Source of the DNA: Eledone cirrhosa | Lineage: Eukaryota | DNA length: 64,000 bases | Assembly: GCA_964016885.1 (NCBI GenBank) | Contig: OZ024742.1 | Coordinates: forward strand, 162,006,001 to 162,070,000 | Direction: 5' to 3' | Position numbers and translations under genes: made by a program | The notes under the pieces: model-generated | Database searches by the model: none | What the model saw: only the letters and a program-made list of their open reading frames with translations | Told to the model about the DNA's origin: nothing | Shown: piece after piece, positions 1 to 9,714 of the stretch | How positions within the stretch are numbered: the first letter of the stretch is position 1 | How the letters are laid out: every line of letters begins with the position of its first letter

Positions 1-582
1 ATGCAGTAGATGTACAGGGAAATTAGACAGTAGAAGTCGCATTGATAGACACATTTTTCAAATGCAGGAGGGCGCTATAGAAGTGATGGATAGCTTCCGG
101 TACCTAGGAGATCAGATCAGCATGGGAGGAGGGTGTTCTGAGGCCATAGTATCTAGAATAAGGACGGGTTGGAAGAAGTTTAGGGAGCTGCTTCCTCTGT
201 TGACGAAGGGTTTCTCCCTGCGTACGAAAGGCCGGTTGTATGATGCCTGTGTGAGGAGCGCGATGCTGCATGGTAGTGAGACATGGGCAGCAACTGCAGA
301 GGATATGCAACGTCTGGAGAGAAATGAGGCAAGCATGCTCCGTTGGATGTGTAGTGTAAATGTGCGTGAACGACCCAGCATAAATGTGTTGAGAGAGAAA
401 CTGTGTCTGAGAGGGATAGAATGTAGTGTACGGGAGAGGAGACTGAGGTGGTATGGACATGTGATGTGCATGGAGGATGACCGATGGGTGAAGAAGTGCC
501 AGGAAATGCCAGTTGAAGGAAGACGTGGTAGAGGTAGACCACGAAAAACATGGGCGGAGGTGGTGAGAACAGACCTCAGATC
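1..582 (+). mobile_element. RTE-clade non-LTR retrotransposon, C-terminal part of the RT ORF (cut by the window edge, 3'-truncated)
   Basis: The frame is open from base 2: CSRC...FRYLGD...RIRTGWKKFRELLPLL...LYDACVRSAMLHGSETW...RRLRWYGHV...RGRGRPRKTW. These are the YLG thumb, GSETW, RLRWxGHV and RGRP motifs typical of RTE-like LINEs. Homology to the copy at 3495-3740 stops after 'gacctcagatca'. Confidence 0.9.
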
Positions 583-1082
583 ATCACGTCAGAATGGAAC
601 AAACTACCTGCATCGGTTGTTAGCTGTTGGCACACTGCATCCTTCCCAATATTCGCCAACACTACACCTGATATTCTCCCTCCATACACATGCACTGATG
701 TGTGTGTTGGTGAGTGTGTGTAGTGTGGTATGGTGTGGTGTAGTGTAGTGTGGTGTGGTGTGGTGTAGTGTGGTGTGTGTGGTGTGTGTAATGTGGTGTG
801 TAGTGTGTAGCGTAGTGTGGTGTGTAGTGTGTGGTGTGTAGTGATGTGGTGTGTGTAGTGGTGTGGTGTGTGTAGTGTGTGGTGTGTGTAGTGTGTGGTG
901 TGTGTGTGGTGTGTGTGGTGTGTGTAGTGTGTGTTGTGTGTAGTGTGGTGTGGTGAGTGTATGTTATGACACACAGTTCACTCTCCTGACATTTGTACAT
1001 TATTCTATGTACTATACATGCATCTTTGATGAGTTGTAGTGCACCTGAGCATGGTACACAATAATTTTCATTATTATCATTA
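583..1082 (+). mobile_element. 3' end of a CR1/L2-like LINE (last codons, 3' UTR and (TTA)-like tail)
   Basis: tggaacaaactacctgcatcggttgtt = WNKLPASVV, the W-N-x-L-P terminal motif of CR1/L2 ORF2. The fragment ends in 'cattattatcatta'. Confidence 0.6.
698..962 (+). repeat. Degenerate (GTGTG/GTGTA)n low-complexity tract
   Basis: Directly visible G/T-rich simple repeat. It generates the spurious His/Thr ORFs 576..974 and 662..1000. Confidence 0.95.
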
Positions 1083-1265
1083 AAAACACACCTATGTAAG
1101 TTTAGCTGGCCTCCTATCAGGAAGCAACTTATAGGGAGTTTCTTGAATTACTCAAGAACTCAACATACCACCCTCTCCTGTATCTGAAACCACTAGTAGA
1201 AAATTGTCAAATCAAAGCATTAGAAAAACAAAAAAAAAACAAAAAAAAACCGTATTATTTATTTG

Positions 1266-1653
1266 TTAAACTTCTGTAACGTCTAAATCCTGATCAAGAA
1301 GTGTTATAAAATGGCTAATGTGTTCTCCAGGATATAAAACATTCCGACTGAGTAGATGTGGTGGGTTGGTAGTTTGGCCATTCGGCTGGCTTCTGTCTTT
1401 GTTTGCTTTTGTATTATTTCTGTTTTTAGACTTTACTTTAGTTCTAGTGGGTATTGGTCTATGTGATGTGTCCTGTATAGACCAGCCATAGCAGAAATAT
1501 CCAACAGTTAAGCCACAAACAACTGTCACAAATATCCATGTGTTAAATGTCATTACAACAAGCATAAGTATGTAGCCATTTGCAACTTTGATCATATGCA
1601 AAATAGTTTGTAATATTCGTCGTTTGCTGCAACATCTACTTCGACTGCCTTCT
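1266..1653 (-). CDS. Ctr/SLC31-family copper transporter-like gene, terminal coding exon (TM2, TM3, C-terminal tail)
   Basis: Acceptor ttttgtttgtttttgtag|A, exon starts at 1653, phase 2. Translation ...RILQTILHMIKVANGYILMLVVMTFNTWIFVTVVCGLTVGYFCYG... carries the Ctr signature MxxxM-x12-GxxxG. Stop TAA at 1268-1266. Confidence 0.92.
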
Positions 1654-2176
1654 CTACAAAAACAAACAAAATAAGTTATTTTCAGCAAAATGATATATAT
1701 TTTTGTATATTTATACTGTGTATATATTGTTATATTTAGAGATGGTTATGGTGCCTGTATTGCACCATGTGATTTTCATTTTATCTATTTCTCATTATTC
1801 CTTCATTCATCAAAGTTCTTTCACCACATATTCTGTGATTTCCTCAATGACTATCAGATAGTCATTGAGGAAATCACAGAATGTGTGACAAAAGAACTTT
1901 GACAAAACAAATGAATAATGAGTAATAAAAATAAAGTCAAAAGCATATGGTAGTTGCATATCTTTTTATTGCAATATGACCATCCTCAAATATAACAATA
2001 TCAGTTTCAACACATGATTTCACATAAAAAATTTTACAAAACAAATCCATAAATGGAGAGAGAGATGTAAAATCCAGACTGTTGCGCTGTTGTTGGGATT
2101 TTACATATCTCTATACCCACTCTGCATCTCCCCGTATATCGAGTACTGCCATGATTAGCACTGCAGACTCTCTCTA

Positions 2177-2330
2177 TCATCATCATCATCATTTTACGTC
2201 CACTTTTCCCTGCTTGCAAGGGTGGGATGGGAACTGATTCTGGCTTGGTTTCTACAACTGGATGCCCTTCCTAACACCAACCTCATTTACAGTGAGTGCT
2301 GGGTGCTTTTTTGCACCTCCACAACCACTT
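2177..2330 (-). mobile_element. SINE fragment with RTE-type 3' tail (family A, 'ggaagggcatccag' core)
   Basis: Reverse complement of ...ggaaaagtggacgtaaaatgatgatgatg tail, plus the ctggatgcccttcctaa core shared with copies at 10.85, 17.4 and 22.47 kb. Confidence 0.7.
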
Positions 2331-2374
2331 TGCAGTGGAATGATATGGACCCCAGTCCCTATCATCTCATTTCT

Positions 2375-2497
2375 ACAGCTGAGTAAACTGGAGCAATGTG
2401 AAATAAAGTGTCTTGCTCAAGGAAACAACACATCACCCTGAACTCACAACCTTTCGATTGCAAGGCCAATGCTCTAAACACTAAGCCATGTGCCTCC
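2375..2497 (-). mobile_element. tRNA-derived SINE (family B)
   Basis: Minus strand reads ggcacatggcttagtgtttagagc...gtgagttc...ccttgagcaagacactttatttcacattgctccagtttactcagctg, an A/B-box-like head plus core. Related copies lie near 9.1, 12.5, 17.2 and 22.05 kb. Confidence 0.65.
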
Positions 2498-2869
2498 ATC
2501 TCTATATTTTTTTTTATGGAAATCATACAAATATACATACATATATATATATATATACATATATACATACAAATCCTTTACATCGATACAAAACCCCACA
2601 ATTCTGGGAGCAGGTTGGAGACATTATAATCAACCCCAATAGAGTAAAAATGAAGCCAACTTTAGATTACTGACAGTATTTATTAAAAAAAAAAAAAAAA
2701 AAAATTTTTTTTTAGACTGTTTAGATTAAATTTATGGGTCAACTATCACATGGATACAACTTTCAAGAGGTTGAAATTCGCACTACAATCCCAAGTATCA
2801 CTAAGCAAAACCCTAAATCGATTCTAAATAAATAAACATCAAAACCAGTGAATTAGAGTAATAACGGTC

Positions 2870-3078
2870 TCTACTTTAGGCACAAGGCCAACAATTTTGT
2901 GGGAGGGGAAAATCGATTATTCAACCTCAGTGTATTACTGGTACTATATTTTATCGACTCAGTAAGAATGAAAGGTAAAGCTAACCTAAGTGGGATTTGA
3001 ACTCAGAACATAACGGGTTGTAACTCCATGTTGCAAAGCATTTTCGATGCTCTACCAATGCTGCAAATATACTGCCCT
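2870..3078 (-). mobile_element. tRNA-derived SINE (family C, 'ttcatcc..cggggtcgataaaat..gtaccag' domain)
   Basis: Reverse complement of gagttcaaatcccac...tttcattc...gtcgataaaatatagtaccag. Same family as 3255, 6650, 8405, 9365 and 13290. Confidence 0.75.
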
Positions 3079-3084
3079 TTAGAG

Positions 3085-3232
3085 CAGGCACAGGCAACCT
3101 TTTTCAAGCAGAGGGCCACATAGGATGTGTCTCGTCATATGGCAGGTTGCACTACTAAAAAAAATTCAAGGCAGTTTTGAAATTAAGCATGCTGTTCAGA
3201 AAGCCAAATAGCCCACAGTTTGCCCATGACTA
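3085..3232. mobile_element. hAT (Charlie-like) MITE
   Basis: Termini caggcacaggcaacc ... gtttgcccatgacta resemble CAGGGGTGGGCAA-type TIRs. Flanks are a degenerate 8-bp TSD, ctttagag / cctcagag (NTCTAGAN-like target). Confidence 0.55.
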
Positions 3233-3254
3233 CCTCAGAGTAATAATGGTTTTT

Positions 3255-3386
3255 TATATAGGCACAAGGCCAGCAATTTTTGGGGGGAGAGGAACGTCGA
3301 TTAAATCAACCCCAGGGCATGACTGGTACTTTATTTTATTGACCCCGTAAGGATGAAAGGCAAAGTTAACTTCGGCGGGATTTGAT
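3255..3386 (-). mobile_element. SINE family C, partial
   Basis: actggtactttattttattgaccccgtaaggatgaaaggcaaagttaacttcggcgggatttga is nearly the reverse complement of 9428-9493. Confidence 0.8.
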
Positions 3387-3494
3387 GCTTCAGAGTAATA
3401 ACACCAATATTTCTATGTGTAAAAATACATTTCCTACTTACAAAACACTAAGACTGCACAACTCATATATATATATAAAAACTGTAGTGTGCGG

Positions 3495-3740
3495 GAGAGA
3501 GGACTGTGTTGGTATGGGCATGGAGGATGATCGCTGGGTAAAGAAGTGCCAAGAAATCCTAGTGGAAGGAAGACACAGTAGCGGAAGACCACGGAAATCA
3601 TGGGCAGAGGTCGTAAGAGCTGACCTCAGATCACTGAAGCTCACGGAGGATATGACAAGGGACCGTGACGAATGGAGAGATGCTGTGCTGAAAAGGACCC
3701 ATCCCACCCTTGCAAGCAAGGAAAGCGGACGTAAAATGAT
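3495..3740 (+). mobile_element. 5'-truncated RTE LINE 3' end
   Basis: MEDDRWVKKCQEILVEGRHSSGRPRKSWAEVVRADLRSL is paralogous to 470-582 and is followed by the ggaaagcggacgtaaaatgat tail. Confidence 0.85.
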
Positions 3741-3862
3741 ATCTATTTCCACTTGCGTACATCAGAGCAATATCATAGAAAAATTTATTTCCTCGTAAGA
3801 TTTATGTTAAAGATACCTCAACACTCTAAACATTAAACAAGAAGTGACCAAGAGAAACGTAC

Positions 3863-3968
3863 GTCAGTTGTTTGTGTATATCTTCAGCTTCTGTGTATAC
3901 AAGCAAGAATTTGATGCCTTGATGGAGCAAAGCTAATACTCCAATGATTATACATGAGAATGTCAAAG
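3863..3968 (-). CDS. Ctr/SLC31-like gene, internal exon (TM1)
   Basis: Acceptor ctattctttcttatttcag, donor GTACGT, 106 nt. Phase 1 in and phase 2 out splice in frame with both neighbouring exons. Translation (A)LTFSCIIIGVLALLHQGIKFLLVYTEAEDIHKQL(T) resembles the Ctr TM1 'SC....LA..YEGLK'. Not in the ORF track. Confidence 0.88.
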
Positions 3969-4042
3969 CTGAAATAAGAAAGAATAGCAGATAAATATTA
4001 TGTTAAAGAATTACTCCTAATATTAAAACTATATCTTTACAA

Positions 4043-5667
4043 TTTAACCCTTTAATTACCAAATTTCTAATGAAAGACATATAATACCAGATAGAAAAAT
4101 GCTAACAGCAAAAAAAAGTAATATTGTTGGAATATAAACCTTTAAAAATACAGGACAAGAAACTAAAATAAAACAAAACTTTAAAAGAATAGGGCAAGAA
4201 ACTAAGATAAAACTTTAAAGAATTAAACAAGAAATAACAAAATTTACAATAATACTAGTGGCAAAATTTTTATTGGTAAAAAATCGAGTTCCACATTCAT
4301 AGGCTCTGGGTTCCACATTCAGAGGTCGTCATCAGACCGGGGGGATCATTTGATCCTGGTTTGAACACCAATTGGGCCATACCCCTATTTCATCATTCGG
4401 CGACACGCCTCATGTGTCATGCATAATGTGAATGGACCCACGGGCCCATGAGCACAGATCTTGAGCAGCAGCGGACGGTCTTGTCGTCCCGCTCATCCTT
4501 GATCTTGACCAACCCGTCCATCTTCTTGCATCTTGTCCTTGAGTTCAAGTCCGGCAGTCCAGATGAATGCATGCCACAGCTTTCTGGTACAGGAAGGGGG
4601 AGCAGGAGGACTGGAGGGATGACGGGACAGAGGGAGGGAGGACCGGTGGTTGAGGGAGGTGCCGTAGTCGGTGGTCAGAGTCGACATCTTGTCCCGGTCG
4701 TCTTCTCCATCTTTGTCTGGTGTTGTGGGACCAGAAGTGCATTCTTGGAGGAGACCTGCAGCTGCATCGGCCAATTCTTCTTGCAATGGTCATTCTGACG
4801 GAGCAGAACTGCTCAGCCAACCAACCCCAACCGCTCAGGGGCAACGCACAATGAGAGCATGACAATTATTATGCACTAATCAAGAAGATAGCACAGGAAA
4901 CGAATAAAAAAATTTTGCCACTAATATTATTGTAAAATTTTTTATTTCTTGTCCAATTCTTTAAAGTTTTATCTTAGTTTCTTGTCCTATTCTTTTAAAG
5001 TTTTATTTTAGTTTCTTGTCCTGTATTTTTAAAGGTTTATATTCCAACAATATTACTTTTTTTTTGCTGTACGCATTTTTCTATCTGGTCTACTATTTTT
5101 TAAGGCAATGCAAGCAACAACTATCTAATAATTAAATGATCATTGTGAATTACTGACAAGTGATTGACATTTTAAAGTTCTTTTGAGTATAATTGCAATC
5201 TAGTTGAGGCAACTGGCTTAATGACAAAGTTATGTCATTTCTGGATTACCTCCCCTAGCGTCACGCTTACTACTCACTCACTTGAACACAAGATTTATCA
5301 GCAAACTTTGATTATAAACTTTTTCCCGCTGGACCAAATTTCTAGATTTTTAAGCCAAAAGATGCGTAATGATCTACTGTTCATGCTCATATAAGTTTTA
5401 TCTCAGTTAAATAAAGTAGAGCCGCGCTATACTGTCGTAAACAGACGATTGCCAACGAAAACACGACCACAACAATATTACTAAACGGACTACTGTCCGT
5501 TTAGGATAACTAAGTTTCTCATTATTAAGCTGGTGTTTGGAACATACCTTAATGAAGGTTCTTACATAAATTTAGGATGGAAAGTTTTTTAGATAAATAT
5601 AAACAATGCAGTTTTGATTCTTAGAACCAGGGGCAGTTTCAACCAGCTTGGTATCAAAAATGTTAAA
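4043..5667 (+). mobile_element. TTAA-type (piggyBac-like) MITE split by nested insertions
   Basis: Left end ttaa|ccctttaattaccaaatttctaatgaaagaca at 4043-4080. Right part at ~5510-5667 ends ...ggtatcaaaaatg|ttaa. Less interrupted relatives occur at 10.2, 11.3-11.6 (minus), 13.17-13.59 and 24.93-25.16 kb. Confidence 0.55.
4086..5089. mobile_element. Foldback-like element: ~188-bp AT-rich inverted arms around a 628-bp GC-rich core
   Basis: 4086-4274 (accagatagaaaaatgc...ggcaaaatttttatt) is the reverse complement of 4903-5089 (aataaaaaaattttgcc...gcatttttctatctggt) with few mismatches. The arms contain three internal 'caagaaa(c)taa' sub-repeats. No clear TSD. Confidence 0.85.
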
Positions 5668-6415
5668 TGTCCTCAACCAATTTGGTATCTAACAGGTTAG
5701 GTGACCTCAACCAGTTTGGTAACTAAAGGGTTATGTGCCCTCAATCAGTTTGGTATCAAAAGGGTTAGATGCTTTCAACCAGTTTGGTATCAAAAGGTTA
5801 GATGTGTACAGCCATGGAAATAACATCTGTGAAATATACAGCGCCATCAACCTGTTAGCTAGCTACCGCAACGTGAAACAAAAGAACCCTTAAAAGCTAC
5901 CAGAATAAACGCCTACACACCGGCTAAACATCAAACGATTGTTTCTGTATAAATAGAGTGGTTCCAAATACTTCGCCAGTCGACTTTTGGCAGAGTCAGC
6001 TTGCACATCGTTGTTCCTCGCCTCTGCCACGCTTTGTCACTCACACAGGCCTTGTACCTTGTATCGTCGCTTCATGTGAAAATAAATAGCTGATCGAATT
6101 TACATCTCGCCTCGCTTCATCCTTTCAACTTGTGCTTTCGTCTGTCCATCCTCAACAGTTCTTTTAAGGGCTATATGCAACAACAGTCCTTTTAAGGGCT
6201 ATCTTCAGATCTGATCAGACCGTATGCGATAAGAGTCCTTCTAAAGGCTATTCTCGGATCTGATCAGAAGTAGTGACTAGACTGACTAACCACGCCGCTA
6301 CAGATGCTTTCAACCAGTTTGGTATCAAAAGGGTTAGATGCTCTCTACTAGTTTGGTATCAAAAATGTTAGGTGACCTCCACTAGTTTGGTGTCAAATGG
6401 GTAAGGTCACCTCAA
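5635..6415 (+). repeat. ~31-bp tandem repeat derived from the MITE right terminus, interrupted by a solo LTR
   Basis: Units of caaccagtttggtatcaaaagggttagatg at 5635-5804 resume at 6303-6415. Confidence 0.8.
5805..6302 (+). mobile_element. Solo LTR (Ty3/Gypsy-like), 498 bp
   Basis: Begins TGTA and ends TACA. Exact 4-bp TSD GATG at 5801-5804 and 6303-6306. TATA box tataaata at 5948-5955 and AATAAA at 6081-6086. It interrupts a tandem-repeat unit cleanly. Confidence 0.85.
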
Positions 6416-6536
6416 CCTTTGAATAACACCTGCCTTGACCACAGACCTGTCAGTGGTAGGATAAAAACCATTGGTCTCATCTATTTCTCTTTTAATCTAA
6501 TCATTTAAATATAAAACTGTTAAAACAGAATTTTAC

Positions 6537-6603
6537 CTTTTACTGAATTTATCTTCCATATGCTAACCAGCAGGGATATATTATTATTTGTGTTAAAAAC
6601 TGA
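6537..6603 (-). CDS. Ctr/SLC31-like gene, internal exon (juxtamembrane ectodomain)
   Basis: Strong acceptor tttatttttcttttctatttttcag, donor AAG|GTAAAA, 67 nt. Translation SVFNTNNNISLLVSIWKINSVK matches the Ctr 'F.......LL...W.I.S' segment. The three exons total 561 nt = 186 aa plus stop with no interruption. Confidence 0.85.
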
Positions 6604-6644
6604 CTGAAAAATAGAAAAGAAAAATAAACATCAAATGCTAGCAG

Positions 6645-6790
6645 ATTTCAGGGTAGGGGGAAAAGATTAAATTGACACAAATACTTGACTGGTATTTTAT
6701 TTCATCAACCTCGGAAGGAGAAAAGACAAAGTTGACCTCAGAATGTAAAGGGTCATAATTATATGCTGCAAAGTATTTAGTTCAATTGTG
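6645..6790 (-). mobile_element. SINE family C, degenerate
   Basis: tacttgactggtattttatttcatcaacctcggaaggagaaaagacaaagttgacctc matches the family C core. Confidence 0.65.
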
Positions 6791-7269
6791 CTTCATATCA
6801 GTTTAAACATTCTTTTATCTTTTTTTACCAACATTTCTTACTTGTACAACTAAGCTGTATAACTCTAAGTTATCTGGTATTATTTGCTCAGCACCAAGCA
6901 TTGCCACACACTTATTTTTAGCAGTGAATGACTGAGGGCAATAATCACACAACAAAAGAAAGGAGCTTATCAACTTGGGCCAAGGAAACAATGTTTCCAT
7001 TGCTGATAATACCTGTTGGTCATAACACCTAGCAGTGGGTGCAATAAAAATTAAAGTATTTTGCTTTATCAGAAGATAGAAAGAGAAAGAAAAAGGAAAA
7101 CAGACAAGAATAAAAAAATAAATCAGGTAAAAGAAAAAAGAGGAGCAAACACCTGTTAGCCATATATACCATATAATAAAATAAATTTTATGGGGATGGG
7201 GAGCCTGGGGTCATGTGGAATTTCTGCCCATTCCTTTCTAACACAAATGCTAGACAGTGGTTTGCTCTT

Positions 7270-7700
7270 TGCTCAGTACCTCTCCTGTAGTCATCTCAAC
7301 AGAAAGAAGGCATCAGTAGTATCCCTAACTGGCATAAATCCAAACTGTATCTTATCTAATTTAATTCTGTCCCCAATTAGTTGTGCTATAGCCCTTTCAG
7401 AAACTCATGACCTAGACCATCAACTTGATACTTCTGTAGTTACTTCTCTCTAATGCTTCTCCCTTACCCTTGTAGTAATTTACAAAGATACTGCTGTGCC
7501 AGTCATTGGGTGTGTCACCATTCTGCACTACTAGGTTAACTATGAGTCTGACTAGTTCATATCCTACCAGCTGCCTTCTCTACACCTTTATTTCCTTAAT
7601 TACTTTATCTATCACATTGCTGTCAACTTTTATAGCTGGCCCCTCAGTTCAGTCTGCATACCATTTATTTTTCTCATCCAGCAGCCTCTAGTAAGTTTTC
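7270..7700 (+). pseudogene. Heavily decayed LINE apurinic-endonuclease domain
   Basis: IALSETH in ORF 7190..7453 resembles the APE 'I.L.ET' motif. A G-V-like motif follows after stops and frameshifts. Confidence 0.35.
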
Positions 7701-8404
7701 TATGCCTCTTTCTTTTTGTTATCAGACAGGGAAAGTGCTTCACTATCATTTCGGACACACTTTTCCCCAACCTTATACCGTTTTTCTCTAGCATACTGTT
7801 TCCAAAACACTTCACACCTCTGATCTTCACAACACAGAACATAAACAAACTCCTTTTTGGTCTCTTCCTTGCTAGATATACTTGGTGTCTGACCACTCTT
7901 CTAGCTATCTGGTATTGCTTTCTGTCTCCTCCATTTCTCCAGGTTTGTCTTGTTTTATTGGCTCTTATCTTACCACATCACCCTCCATCAGGGCAGGACC
8001 TTGCTCCAGCGACAGACCTGGTTTGTGGCTTCCAGCAGGTTGTTCCTTAGAAATTCCAAATTTTTCTGTCATATCATGCACATTCAGTTACACACCAGAA
8101 CAGGGGGCACTAGATTTTCCCTCTAATAATGTTTCAGGCAAGCCAGCATACTTGCAGCATTGCCACAGCTGATTAGGATAACAGAATCAGAAGATGATTG
8201 GATAAACATAGAAAAGAAAGTGATTCAAGAATTGGTATGGTGTGGTCCCGTAACTCCTGAAGGAGTCATAGAGCTGCCCTATTGACATACTCATACAGCC
8301 TTTTTGGGGTATTTTTAAAGCCGGACAGAGCCCATCCCTCTCCATGCAGATTTCTTCCAGAGAAGGATAGAAAGTGAGAGAGAGGAAGCAAGAAAGAGAT
8401 ATAG

Positions 8405-8575
8405 AGGAAGAATCAACCCCCAGTACTTGACTGGTACTTTTATCAACCTCGAAGAAAGGATGAAAGACAAAGTTGACCTCAGCGGGATTTGAACTCAGAG
8501 AGCAGAGAACCAAAATGAATGTCACAGAGCATTCTATCCAACATTCTAACAACTCTGCCAATTTGCTGTCTTAGA
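8405..8575 (-). mobile_element. SINE family C
   Basis: aatcaacccccagtacttgactggtacttttatcaacctcgaagaaaggatgaaagacaaagttgacctcagcgggatttgaactc. Confidence 0.75.
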
Positions 8576-9364
8576 GTCAAGAATTAGAAAATGCAATAAC
8601 AATAATAAAGTCAATAGAGAAGAAGTAAAAATCTGAAGATATTTTAACAATGAACTCATCACAATGTTGATATGGAGTTTGGCAAACGTTTACATGGTTG
8701 GCCAAAGTTTTTGTCCTTGACTATTCAATATAGCAAAGTATATTGATTAGAATAACAGAGATGATCAGATTGATAAAATCGGATTGGAGAACTAGCCAAG
8801 TAGTTCACTGTTCTGTATCCTATCAATCCTATCATCATCATTGAGTTAAATCTGTGATTAAGGCACAGAATTAGACACAGGGCTGTATTAATTAACCCAT
8901 GGCTGGGTACCTAAGCTCTCAGGTAGTTTGGGTACACTCTAGCACTTCAATCTTTCACCCCACAGGGGGTAGAGGCCCCATCACTAGACAGCTCATACCT
9001 ATGGAGGTTTATCTGGCCTCTTATAAGGCTGCACCTCATGTTTTTTTTTTTAATGATAGGGGCTTCAGATCTATCATGAGAAGCAACATGAAAACGAAGC
9101 ATGTTGTTTAAGAACACAACACACTGCTCTGCACAGCCCAAGAATCAAACCTATGAGCATATGATTGTGAGTCTAACACCGTAACCACTAGACTACACAC
9201 CTCCCATCAAATGAACAATTCATTCAAATAACCAACAAAGAAGAACTTAACATTTTAGAGTAGCTAGCATCCCTGAGGCAAAATCTAAATACTCACTTGA
9301 AATCTGACAGTATTTGGGTCCCACTCAACATTATACTACATTTCTGAATATTATTATTGAAATA

Positions 9365-9522
9365 TTGGCAGTATCAGTAGAGTGTCAGACATGCTTTCCA
9401 GCATAGTTATGTCCCTTTACGATCCGAGTTCAAATCCCGCCGAGGTTAACTTTGCCTTTCATCCTTACGGGGTCGATAAAATAAAGTACCAGTAATATAC
9501 TTGTGCCGAAAGTAGAAACAAT
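9365..9522 (+). mobile_element. SINE family C (young copy)
   Basis: B-box-like gagttcaaatccc followed by the core. Nearly identical to 13290-13462. Confidence 0.8.
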
Positions 9523-9714
9523 TATTGAAATACTGCAATATCTTGAGGCTGTCAACTCTCAATAATATTTCACTGAACACTTTAACATTCTAGAACAAAC
9601 AACAGTGACATTGTTTACAACAAAAACACCAAAGAATTATGCCAAGATCTAGTTTACAAAAACAAAAAAAAAAAAAAAAACATTGCGGAATGGATAAATA
9701 CCCCCACTCCCTCA

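Noticed and set aside
576-1000. His/Thr-rich ORFs as a metal-binding protein next to a copper transporter
   Set aside because: They are translations of a (GTGTG)n simple repeat inside a LINE 3' UTR, with no splice or other coding support.
1654-1688. N-terminus MLKITYFVCFC of ORF 1266..1688
   Set aside because: This is intron (polypyrimidine tract and TAG acceptor). The real exon starts at 1653.
4448-4865. Overlapping ORFs in the GC-rich core as genuine genes
   Set aside because: No recognisable domain, and ORFs of this size on both strands are expected at high GC. Kept only as unexplained cargo.
9297-9343. Exon read as MLSGTQILSDF using the CAG acceptor at 9346-9344
   Set aside because: It ends in phase 2, which is incompatible with either acceptor of the 6603 exon.
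9420-9445. tRNA gene suggested by the B-box gagttcaaatccc
   Set aside because: It is the head of a multi-copy tRNA-derived SINE and no cloverleaf is evident.
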